Assembly: GCA_965219535.1 (NCBI GenBank)
Contig: CBDCNV010000001.1
Span: 1,680,001-1,712,000 of the forward strand
Origin: Opitutales bacterium
Lineage (GTDB): Bacteria > Verrucomicrobiota > Verrucomicrobiia > Opitutales > PNEW01
Length of the DNA: 32,000 nucleotides
Direction: 5' to 3'
A model generated the notes under the pieces. The model was not told the origin of the DNA. It searched no databases and saw only the letters and a program-made list of their open reading frames with translations. A program made the position numbers and the translations under genes. Below are positions 18,406 to 25,284 of this stretch, in pieces; positions within the stretch are counted from its first letter, which is position 1, and each line of letters opens with the position of its first letter.

Positions 18406-19056
18406 ATGAACCATTGGCTAAAATACATAGGATGTTTTTTCGTGTGGGTAATCACTTTTCAAATTTCTGAATTATTGGGAAAGGAAAGTGAATCATCCTC
18501 CGCAAAGAATAATTACGAACCCCTGGCTATATCACAGAACGAGCTGGCAAACCTAAGTTCTGATATAAATATGCTTAAAGCCAAAATAGCTCAGCTTGCG
18601 ATGCAGGTGGAGCAGCTGAACCGGGATAATAATGAAATAAGACTCACCCTGGTTAAAAAAACTGATGAAAATGATAAATTCGTAACGGAACCGGATCTTT
18701 CATCGACACTGGATGAGCTAAAACAAGAATTGATTGAACATGACGCGCAACAGAAACTGGCGATTATCAGTGAATTTACACGTTCAATGGAAAAATTAGC
18801 CGCTCAAACTGAGAGTGCGTTAAAAGCATTGGCAGGGGTTATTGAAGCTCAACCAACGTCCGTGCCGACAATCGAATTTTCCAATGATTATTCTCGAGAA
18901 GGTGTAGCTTACACAGTGCAGAGTGGTGATACTCTTTCAAATATTGCAAAGCTTCATGGATCTACGGTACGAGATATTCAAAACGCCAACCACATTGCAG
19001 TACCGGAAAAATTGCAGGTGGGTGAAACGCTCTTTATTCCGAAATCGAGTAAATAG
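18406..19056 (+). CDS. Membrane-anchored coiled-coil protein with C-terminal LysM peptidoglycan-binding domain
   Basis: ATG 18406 gives MNHWLKYIGCFFVWVITFQI (TM/signal anchor). Heptad-like segment LANLSSDINMLKAKIAQLAMQVEQLNRDNNEI. LysM: YTVQSGDTLSNIAKLHGSTVRDIQNANHI...LQVGETLFIP. The track start 18325 is an upstream non-ATG extension. Confidence 0.85.
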   Translation: MNHWLKYIGCFFVWVITFQISELLGKESESSSAKNNYEPLAISQNELANLSSDINMLKAKIAQLAMQVEQLNRDNNEIRLTLVKKTDENDKFVTEPDLSSTLDELKQELIEHDAQQKLAIISEFTRSMEKLAAQTESALKALAGVIEAQPTSVPTIEFSNDYSREGVAYTVQSGDTLSNIAKLHGSTVRDIQNANHIAVPEKLQVGETLFIPKSSK

Positions 19057-19060
19057 ACCT

Positions 19061-20080
19061 ATGGCAAAATCAATATCGAGACTCGGTCGCGGATTAGACA
19101 GCATTATTACTGGTGGTATTGGCAAATCTTCAAATAAAACTAAAGCTGGATATTCTTCCTCAAGGAAAAAAGCGAAAACTGTAAGCAAAAAAAGTAAAAA
19201 GGCTAAAAGTAAAAAGCAATCAACTGCGGGACTGAAAAAAAAGAGTATTCAATCGGTAGTGACTAAAAAAAGTAGTAAGTCCGCCGAAGAAAAAGGGTTT
19301 TTGGAAATACCTATTTCTAAAATTAAGCCCAATCCTTATCAACCGCGAAAAGATATGAATCCTGTTCATATCAGTGAACTCGCTGAGAGTATTCGTTCGG
19401 AAGGATTGTTACAACCTATTGTTGTTCGAAGCAGGGGAGATGCCTTTGAGATCATTGCCGGTGAAAGGCGCTTTCGAGCATTCCAGGAACTTCATCTGAC
19501 GAGCATACCTGCGCGTGTATTGAAAGCCAGCGATAAGTCTTCAGCGGTCATGACCCTAATTGAGAATCTGCAGCGAGAAGAACTGAACCCGATTGACGAG
19601 GCGGTAGGCTATGCCAGTTTAATTCGTGATTTTGACCTCACCCAGGAAGGCGTGTCTGACCGGGTGGGAAAGGGAAGGGCTACGATTGCAAATTCGCTGA
19701 GACTCTTGCACTTGGAAGAGGATATTCAAGGGTTTCTCAGCTTAGGACTTATGTCTGCAGGTCAGGGAAAAGTACTGCTAAGTATTGATGATAGAGAACA
19801 GCGTTTACTCCTCGCACGGCGTATTATTGAAGAAGATTTGAGCGTGAGAGAAACTGAAAAACTTATAAATAAAGTAAAAAGTGGAAAAAATCATTCGACT
19901 TTAATTCGGCCCTTAGCGGATGTAGAAAATGCCGCGATTCAAGATTTAGAAAAGAAGATTGCTTCTCAATTGAATACAAAAGTGCTTGTAAGACACACAA
20001 AGAAAAAAGGAAAAATTATTATCGAATATTATGGGAACGATGATCTACAAAGGATTTTGGAGAAACTCCAGTTAGATTAA
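19061..20080 (+). CDS. parB: Chromosome-partitioning protein ParB (Spo0J) with a lysine-rich insertion after the N-terminal ParA-interaction motif
   Basis: ATG 19061: MAKSISRLGRGLDSII (LG-R-GL motif), IKPNPYQPRK, IIAGERRFRA (GERRxRA box), HTH QEGVSDRVGKGRATIANSLRLL. About 60 aa of K/S-rich linker (SRKKAKTVSKKSKKAKSKKQ...KKKS...TKKSSKS). The track ORF start 18923 overlaps the LysM gene and is rejected. Confidence 0.93.
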   Translation: MAKSISRLGRGLDSIITGGIGKSSNKTKAGYSSSRKKAKTVSKKSKKAKSKKQSTAGLKKKSIQSVVTKKSSKSAEEKGFLEIPISKIKPNPYQPRKDMNPVHISELAESIRSEGLLQPIVVRSRGDAFEIIAGERRFRAFQELHLTSIPARVLKASDKSSAVMTLIENLQREELNPIDEAVGYASLIRDFDLTQEGVSDRVGKGRATIANSLRLLHLEEDIQGFLSLGLMSAGQGKVLLSIDDREQRLLLARRIIEEDLSVRETEKLINKVKSGKNHSTLIRPLADVENAAIQDLEKKIASQLNTKVLVRHTKKKGKIIIEYYGNDDLQRILEKLQLD

Positions 20081-20145
20081 TGCTCTTGAATCGTCTTTAA
20101 TTCTTCTTGAGTTCATCAAACTAATGGTTCACATTTAATAAAAAG

Positions 20146-20601
20146 ATGAGTGGTGTTCTTATATCTCTTTTTACGCTGATCCTTATTCTCGTCAGTGTAT
20201 TTCTAATTTTAATCATCCTTATGCAAAAAGCGAGTTCCAGCGGCGGGATGGGCGCTGCTATGGGTGGTGGAATGGCTGAGTCTACTTTTGGCACCGATAC
20301 CGTAAATGTACTGACCAAAGGGACGATCTACGCAACGATTACATTTTTTATTATCTGTCTGGGGCTTTATCTTGGCTATATGGCAACCTTAGATAATACG
20401 GCAAATACGGGAGGCGTTTTACCCAATATACAGTCTGAGAGTAGCAGTGAAAATAGTGCGTCAGCCCTTGATAGCCAGGATGCGCTGATTGATGTTGAAT
20501 CAATAAACACCCCAGCGGTGCTGGAATCTCCTGATATAATTGATACACCGCTGAACAATCTTCCAGATAAGAGAGACTCATCCGAAGGAGAAAATCCGTA
20601 G
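20146..20601 (+). CDS. secG: Preprotein translocase subunit SecG with a long acidic/Ser-rich C-terminal tail
   Basis: Two TM helices flanking [19 protein letters not shown], the Gly-rich SecG loop. About 70 extra C-terminal residues rich in S/D/E/N. Confidence 0.85.
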   Translation: MSGVLISLFTLILILVSVFLILIILMQKASSSGGMGAAMGGGMAESTFGTDTVNVLTKGTIYATITFFIICLGLYLGYMATLDNTANTGGVLPNIQSESSSENSASALDSQDALIDVESINTPAVLESPDIIDTPLNNLPDKRDSSEGENP

Positions 20602-20645
20602 TTTTTGCATTGGAACCAGCTTTGGCATCGAGGTCTGTACGGTGT

Positions 20646-21518
20646 ATGTTGCGCTATTGTCGATTGATGTGGGCTGTACTGTTATTAGTAGCATGCACTG
20701 CCGCTCCCTCTATTGGAAAGTCAAAAAATCTGGATATAAAGACAAGCGTTAGCGATCCGGAGCATGGGCATGCCGCTTTGGAAACTTATCGCAATTACCG
20801 ATGGTCTAGTGATTTCAGTTTTTTTATAGAGATGAGACACATGCCGCGGCGCGGACGGGACACAATATATGATGGTCAAATGTGGGGCACGGTGGATGAA
20901 GGGGGGACACTTCAAAGGTACCATCTAAGCGCGGTTGGTAAAGAGGGCAGGAAGAATGTGAACTTGATAATTAAAAATGGTATCGATCCATACGCTTATT
21001 CTCATAAGGATGCTGAAGATGAGAAGGATTACCATAAACTAAGCGATAAAGAACTTTTTGAACCACTATTTGCTCATCTAGTATACACCCCTTTTGACCT
21101 GCAATTGCCTTTTATCTATTGGAATCATTATGTTTTTGAAGGTTATGAACGCACAAAAGGACGGCCGGTTTATACCTATATATTTTATCCACCGGATTCA
21201 TTAAAAGAAGAGAACCCAGATTTAGGCGTCGTTCGATTGTCGCTGGACGCACGTTTCAATGCGCCCGTTAAAATAGAAATGTTCGACGATAAAAAAAATC
21301 CCACAAAAACCTTTAAAATAATCAGCTTTAAGAAGGTTGGGGAGGAATGGATTCCTAAAAGTATAGATTTATTAGATGAGCGTTCACGAGATAAAACACG
21401 TTTCTCTGTAGTGGCCGCCGCGTTTAATTTGAAATTACCTCACGAACTCTTTTCCCCCCAGCCCTTAAACGCTGTCCTAAGACCAATTCCTATCGATAAG
21501 TTTGAATTTCTTAAATGA
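20646..21518 (+). CDS. Lipoprotein, probably a LolA-like / outer-membrane-lipoprotein-sorting fold protein
   Basis: ATG 20646 gives MLRYCRLMWAVLLLVAC, with lipobox L-V-A-C. The C-terminal pattern (VRLSLDARFNAPVKIEMFDDKKNPTKTFKIISFKKVGEEWIPKSIDLLDE...F) resembles LolA-like sorting-protein domains. The family call comes from pattern memory, not a search. Confidence 0.6.
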   Translation: MLRYCRLMWAVLLLVACTAAPSIGKSKNLDIKTSVSDPEHGHAALETYRNYRWSSDFSFFIEMRHMPRRGRDTIYDGQMWGTVDEGGTLQRYHLSAVGKEGRKNVNLIIKNGIDPYAYSHKDAEDEKDYHKLSDKELFEPLFAHLVYTPFDLQLPFIYWNHYVFEGYERTKGRPVYTYIFYPPDSLKEENPDLGVVRLSLDARFNAPVKIEMFDDKKNPTKTFKIISFKKVGEEWIPKSIDLLDERSRDKTRFSVVAAAFNLKLPHELFSPQPLNAVLRPIPIDKFEFLK

Positions 21519-21586
21519 GAGAGAAAAGCGTTCGCTCACATTTCATCATTGATGCGAAATCCTTGTCGCTTACTTCACCCGCTTTA

Positions 21587-22717
21587 TCACTTGAGGACAT
21601 TATTTGTTTCCGGATCAAAAAAATGGACCCGTTCCAGCTCGAAGTGCAATTCTATATTTTGATTGATGTCATAACGGTCTGTACTTCGTACCTTAGCGAC
21701 AAATGATGTTGCTCCGGTATTTAGATAGAGGAAAGTCTCTGCTCCCATTGGCTCTGATACTTCTACTTTTGCTTGAACGGTGTAACCCGGTATTGGATTA
21801 TTTACGGTGATTAAATCTCTGATGTCTTCAGGGCGTATGCCCAATATTATCTCTTTATTCACATAATTGGATGCTATACGTGATTCATTTTCTTTCAGAG
21901 TTAAAAGAATAGGGTTCCCGGATTCGTTGTTTTCTGTGAATTTAATCTGATTATCAACTCGCGTGATCTTTCCGGTGAAGAAGTTCATGGAGGGGCTTCC
22001 GATAAATCCTGCGACAAAGGTGTTCTCTGGATGATGATAGAGTTCTAATGGTTCCGCGACCTGCATAATATCGCCATCTTTCATCACTGTAATGCGGTCT
22101 CCCATTGTCATTGCTTCAATTTGGTCATGGGTTACGTAGATCATCGTGGTTGCCAGCCGCGCATGTAATTTTGATATTTCTGTGCGCATCGAGACTCGCA
22201 TTTTTGCGTCAAGATTGGATAAGGGTTCGTCAAACAGAAAAACTTTTGGTTTACGGACGATCGCCCGTCCGACCGCAACGCGTTGACGTTGACCACCCGA
22301 TAACGCTTTAGGTTTGCGGTCAAGGAGATCTTCGATCCCTAAAATAGCAGCAGCATCATCGACCCTTTTCTTTATTTCGGTTTTTGAGTACTTCATTAAT
22401 TTTAACCCGAAAGCCATATTATCGTAGACGCTCATGTGCGGGTACAATGCGTAATTCTGAAAAACCATCGCAATATCTCGATCCTTGGGGAGGACATTAT
22501 TAACAATCTTATTTTCTATCGATATCGATCCTTCAGAAATTTCCTCTAAACCGGCGATCATTCGCAAGGTCGTGGATTTTCCACAACCCGATGGCCCCAC
22601 CAGGACCATGAATTCCCGGTCATTAACCTTTAGATTTATATTGTTTACGGCGCGGACTTTTGATTTTTTCCCGTCGCTATAATCTTTGATTAAATTATTT
22701 AAAATTACTTCGGCCAT
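21587..22717 (-). CDS. Sugar-type ABC transporter ATP-binding protein (MalK/UgpC/MsmX family), no cognate permease nearby
   Basis: Walker [11 protein letters not shown]-loop, signature [14 protein letters not shown], Walker [14 protein letters not shown]-loop YVTHD. C-terminal TOBE-like regulatory domain. Confidence 0.93.
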   Translation of the reverse strand: MAEVILNNLIKDYSDGKKSKVRAVNNINLKVNDREFMVLVGPSGCGKSTTLRMIAGLEEISEGSISIENKIVNNVLPKDRDIAMVFQNYALYPHMSVYDNMAFGLKLMKYSKTEIKKRVDDAAAILGIEDLLDRKPKALSGGQRQRVAVGRAIVRKPKVFLFDEPLSNLDAKMRVSMRTEISKLHARLATTMIYVTHDQIEAMTMGDRITVMKDGDIMQVAEPLELYHHPENTFVAGFIGSPSMNFFTGKITRVDNQIKFTENNESGNPILLTLKENESRIASNYVNKEIILGIRPEDIRDLITVNNPIPGYTVQAKVEVSEPMGAETFLYLNTGATSFVAKVRSTDRYDINQNIELHFELERVHFFDPETNNVLK

Positions 22718-22959
22718 GGAAGAAGTATAATGCTATAAAATCAAATTCCAGTGCAACAGAAAAATAAATAGGTAAAATGCCTAATACAAAGTGTAAATTG
22801 CGGGTAAAATGCATCACGACATACGACATAATTGAAAATAAAAACAATTAAAGAAATAGTTACACTCTATCGTTAGAAATTATTTTAATTTATTTTTTTT
22901 AATTTAAAAAAAAGAAAAAATGACTGGAAAAAGTTAAAAATTTTATTTTAGTATTGCAC

Positions 22960-22990
22960 TTATTACATTTTTTATTACATTTTATTATTT
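22960..22990. repeat. About three tandem copies of an AT-rich ~12-bp unit TTATTACATTT(T)
   Basis: TTATTACATTT at 22960-22970 and 22972-22982, followed by a degenerate copy tATTATTTATT. Lies in the most AT-rich part of the 634-bp intergenic region, near a T8-AATTT-A8 tract at about 22893-22913. Confidence 0.5.
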
Positions 22991-23046
22991 ATTAAATGTT
23001 TTGTTGATCTAACTGAAGATTGTTTTAAAAAAATATAAAACACCAT

Positions 23047-23070
23047 GAGTTTATCTCGTGAGTATCTCGT
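23047..23070. promoter_or_regulatory. Tandem direct repeat GAGTTTATCTCGT / GAG-TATCTCGT (period ~12-13 bp) about 290 bp upstream of the H1-like gene
   Basis: Two adjacent near-identical units read directly from the sequence. The spacing of about one helical turn resembles direct-repeat operators. Function is inferred only. Confidence 0.3.
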
Positions 23071-23351
23071 TACCCCCAGTGGCTCTACACGGTCATTGAA
23101 AAAACAAAAAACATAAAATCAAAAAGGGATAAGGCGTTATTTATGCGCGTAAGTGTTTATGGCACTTAATTATTTCTACTTCACTAGATATGAACCAGAC
23201 TCATACCCAATATCCGAATTTCCGTATGCTTGTTGAATAGCGGTATACGGACACTTCTGAAGCTATCCAGGTTAAAATAGCTTGGAGAGTTTTAGAATCA
23301 ATGCAGAACTCCCTTGAAAAAGGGGTTCTTAAATCAAACCCATAAATACAT

Positions 23352-23630
23352 ATGCCAGCAAAGAAAAAAGCTAAGAAAAAAGCTGCTAAGAAAAAAGCTG
23401 CTAAGAAAAAAGTAGCGAAGAAGAAAACAGCTAAAAAGAAGACAGCCAAGAAAAAAGCTGCTAAAAGGAGACCAGCAAAGAAAAAAGCTGCTAAAAAGAA
23501 AGCTGCTAAAAGGAGACCGGCTAAAAAGAAAGCTGCTAAGAAAAAAGTAGCAGAAAGAGACCAGCCAAGAAAAAAGCTGCTAAAAAGAAAGCGAAGAAAA
23601 AGGCTGCCAAGAAAAGCAGGAGATAACTAA
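23352..23630 (+). CDS. Histone-H1-like lysine/alanine-rich basic protein, (AAKKK)n / AAKRRPAKKK repeats
   Basis: 92 codons from the first ATG after an in-frame TAA. The product is almost entirely K, A, R, P (MPAKKKAKKKAAKKKAAKKKVAKKKTAKKK...AAKRRPAKKKAAKKK x2). The last 25 codons (ERDQPRKKLLKRKRRKRLPRKAGDN) follow a 1-nt indel relative to the repeat consensus; the other frame ends at 23626. A strong intrinsic terminator lies downstream. Confidence 0.75.
   Translation: MPAKKKAKKKAAKKKAAKKKVAKKKTAKKKTAKKKAAKRRPAKKKAAKKKAAKRRPAKKKAAKKKVAERDQPRKKLLKRKRRKRLPRKAGDN
23457..23590 (+). repeat. Three tandem 45-nt units inside the H1-like gene; the third is 44 nt (1-nt deletion)
   Basis: Unit 1 is 23457-23501 and unit 2 is 23502-23546, both encoding AAKRRPAKKKAAKKK. 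Unit 3 starts at 23547 (gtagcagaaa-gagaccagccaagaaaaaagctgctaaaaagaaa) and, after a single missing base near 23553-23558, matches unit 1 at 30 of the next 31 positions. 15-nt AAKKK-type units fill 23358-23456. Confidence 0.9.
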
Positions 23631-23713
23631 TAAGTTACTATAACCTTAACAAAATTCGGATCCCTAAATCATCAGAGCAGATCATTTGCTTTGAAAAGGA
23701 TACCGAAGTGTAA

Positions 23714-23743
23714 ATTACCCGCAATAACGGGTAATGTTACCCC
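23714..23743 (+). other. Perfect 8-bp/6-nt-loop hairpin ATTACCCG-caataa-CGGGTAAT, whose 3' arm can alternatively pair with the adjacent TTACCC
   Basis: TTACCC (23715-23720), GGGTAA (23729-23734) and TTACCC (23737-23742) give three half-sites, so two mutually exclusive pairings are possible. In dsDNA, GGGTAA-tg-TTACCC is a quasi-palindrome. Confidence 0.6.
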
Positions 23744-23784
23744 TTCGCTAGGATTTAACATTTAAATCCCAAGCGAAATGACTC

Positions 23785-23820
23785 AAAGCCGCAGGTTAAA
23801 CCCTGCGGCTTTGATTATTT
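23785..23820 (+). terminator. Rho-independent terminator downstream of the H1-like gene
   Basis: AAAGCCGCAGG-ttaaac-CCTGCGGCTTT: an 11-bp perfect stem with a GC-rich core and 6-nt loop, followed by a T-rich run (tttgattatttt). Confidence 0.85.
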
Positions 23821-23976
23821 TAGCACATAAAGTGAGCAAATTAATTGAGACAATTATCAAAGTTATAAGCTGGGGATAGGTGCAATAACTGTATTGTTTG
23901 GATAAGTCCAAAAAAGACTGGATCGCCTGAATTTGTTTTGACATAAATTGGTAGAATAGAAAGACCTGTATAATAT

Positions 23977-25218
23977 ATGAGTTATCAATCATTGACCCCA
24001 CCTCAAGGCGATCGTATCACCCTCGATAAGGGTAAACTAAAAGTACCTAATCGGCCCGTTATACCTTTTATCGAAGGTGATGGCATTGGCCCGGATATTT
24101 GGGCTGCTGCGCAGCGAGTTTTCGATGCTGCAGTGAAAAAAGCCTATGGCGGCGAGAAGGAAATTATATGGTTTGAAATATTTGCCGGGGAAAAAGCGTA
24201 CAATAAATTCAAAAACTGGCTGCCCGAAGATACTTTAAACGCGGTACGCGATTATCTAATTGGAATAAAGGGGCCTTTAACCACACCCGTAGGTGGTGGA
24301 ATTCGATCATTAAATGTAGCGCTCAGGCAGGAATTAGACCTCTTTACTTGTCTAAGGCCGGTCCGATACATTCGTGGTGTATCCAGTCCGATTAAAAAAC
24401 CAGAGGATGTCGATATGGTGATTTTTCGAGAAAACACCGAAGATATCTATGCGGGTATCGAATTTGAGCAGGGTTCGGATGCGGTAAGCAAGATGAATGA
24501 ATTTCTGGAGACGAATTTTCCCGAGCGCTATAAAAAAATCCGTTTTCCCAATACGGTCGGAATCGGATTAAAACCGGTTTCCATAGAAGGGACAGAACGC
24601 ATTGTTCGCGCGGCAATTAAATATGCGATAGAACAGAAGCGAAAAAGTGTTACTTTAGTGCACAAAGGTAATATCATGAAATTTACAGAGGGTGCTTTTC
24701 GTGACTGGGGATATCAACTTGCGAAAAATGAATTTGGAGCTGAAGAACTTGATGGGGGACCGTGGTGCCAATTACCTGATGGGGTCATCATTAAAGATGT
24801 CATTGCCGATGCATTTCTTCAGCAGATTTTAACGCGCCCCTCGGAATACGATGTTATCGCGACGCTCAATTTAAACGGCGATTACATTTCGGATGCGCTT
24901 GCGGCACAAGTTGGCGGCATAGGGATTGCTCCCGGTGGTAACATCAATTATGATACAGGGAATGCAATATTTGAAGCTACCCACGGTACTGCTCCGAAAT
25001 ATAAAGATCAGGATAAGGTCAATCCCGGTTCAGTCATTCTATCGGGAGAAATGATGTTTCGCTTTCTAGGTTGGAATGAAGCGGCTGAATGTATTATAAA
25101 AGGGATTGAAAATACAATTAGTGCGAAGGTAGTGACTTATGACCTGGCTCGCTTGATCGAGGAATCCAAAGAAGTAAAGTGCTCTGAGTTTGCCACCGCG
25201 ATTATTGAAAATATGTAG
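23977..25218 (+). CDS. icd: NADP-dependent isocitrate dehydrogenase (homodimeric type)
   Basis: 413 aa. The N-terminus aligns with E. coli Icd (…[35 protein letters not shown]). [61 protein letters not shown]. Confidence 0.96.
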   Translation: MSYQSLTPPQGDRITLDKGKLKVPNRPVIPFIEGDGIGPDIWAAAQRVFDAAVKKAYGGEKEIIWFEIFAGEKAYNKFKNWLPEDTLNAVRDYLIGIKGPLTTPVGGGIRSLNVALRQELDLFTCLRPVRYIRGVSSPIKKPEDVDMVIFRENTEDIYAGIEFEQGSDAVSKMNEFLETNFPERYKKIRFPNTVGIGLKPVSIEGTERIVRAAIKYAIEQKRKSVTLVHKGNIMKFTEGAFRDWGYQLAKNEFGAEELDGGPWCQLPDGVIIKDVIADAFLQQILTRPSEYDVIATLNLNGDYISDALAAQVGGIGIAPGGNINYDTGNAIFEATHGTAPKYKDQDKVNPGSVILSGEMMFRFLGWNEAAECIIKGIENTISAKVVTYDLARLIEESKEVKCSEFATAIIENM

Positions 25219-25249
25219 GGAAGTTCAACCCTTCGTTAATTGAGCTGGG

Positions 25250-25284
25250 CAATGGACAGGGGACGCCCCATTGATTCTTTTTTA
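25250..25284 (+). terminator. Probable intrinsic terminator of icd
   Basis: CAATGG...CCATTG outer stem, with inner GG/CC pairs around a GGACG loop and a 3-nt bulge, followed by ttcttttttat. The T-run overlaps the stop of the convergent glutaredoxin-like gene. Imperfect stem. Confidence 0.45.

Noticed and set aside
19000-20145. parS site within or beside parB
   Set aside because: Scanning by eye for GTTTCAC/GTGAAAC cores gave only a half-site-like GGTGAAACG near 19020, with no matching left arm. No palindromic TGTTNCACGTGAAACA was seen. A computational scan is still advisable.
22718-22760. Leaderless-mRNA promoter for the ABC ATPase (minus-strand TATACT 6 nt before the ATG)
   Set aside because: The -10-like hexamer is plausible, but no acceptable -35 lies at 16-18 nt spacing (the best TTGCAC is 21 nt away). 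This is too weak to call.
22850-23000. Possible replication-origin unwinding element (AT-rich ~12-mer triplet near parB)
   Set aside because: I found no cluster of DnaA boxes (TTATCCACA/TGTGGATAA) here or elsewhere in the window. There were only isolated 7/9 partial matches, such as aTATCCACt near 5943, and no dnaA/dnaN nearby. AT-rich repeats alone are insufficient.
23045-23116. 23-codon small ORF (MSLSREYLVTPSGSTRSLKKQKT) in the AT-rich region
   Set aside because: There is no ribosome-binding signal or conservation evidence. Its 5' part coincides with the GAGTTTATCTCGT tandem DNA repeat, which is more simply a DNA-level element. It cannot be supported from sequence alone.
23201-23449. 82-aa minus-strand ORF with a poly-Phe/Ala N-terminus (MAVFFLAVFFFATFFLAAFFLAAFF...)
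   Set aside because: It is the reverse-complement shadow of the AAG/AAA/GCT lysine-alanine repeats of the H1-like gene. The strong terminator and repeat structure support the plus-strand gene.
23937-23976. Sigma-70 promoter for icd (TTGACA at 23938-23943 and TATAAT at 23969-23974)
   Set aside because: The hexamers are individually perfect, but they are 25 nt apart, and the -10 ends only 2 nt before the ATG. The geometry is incompatible with a standard promoter for this start codon.
23783-24001. 72-aa minus-strand ORF spanning the H1 terminator and the icd start
   Set aside because: It overlaps a strong plus-strand terminator and the icd initiation region. It has odd composition and no motif, so it is a likely chance ORF in AT-rich DNA.
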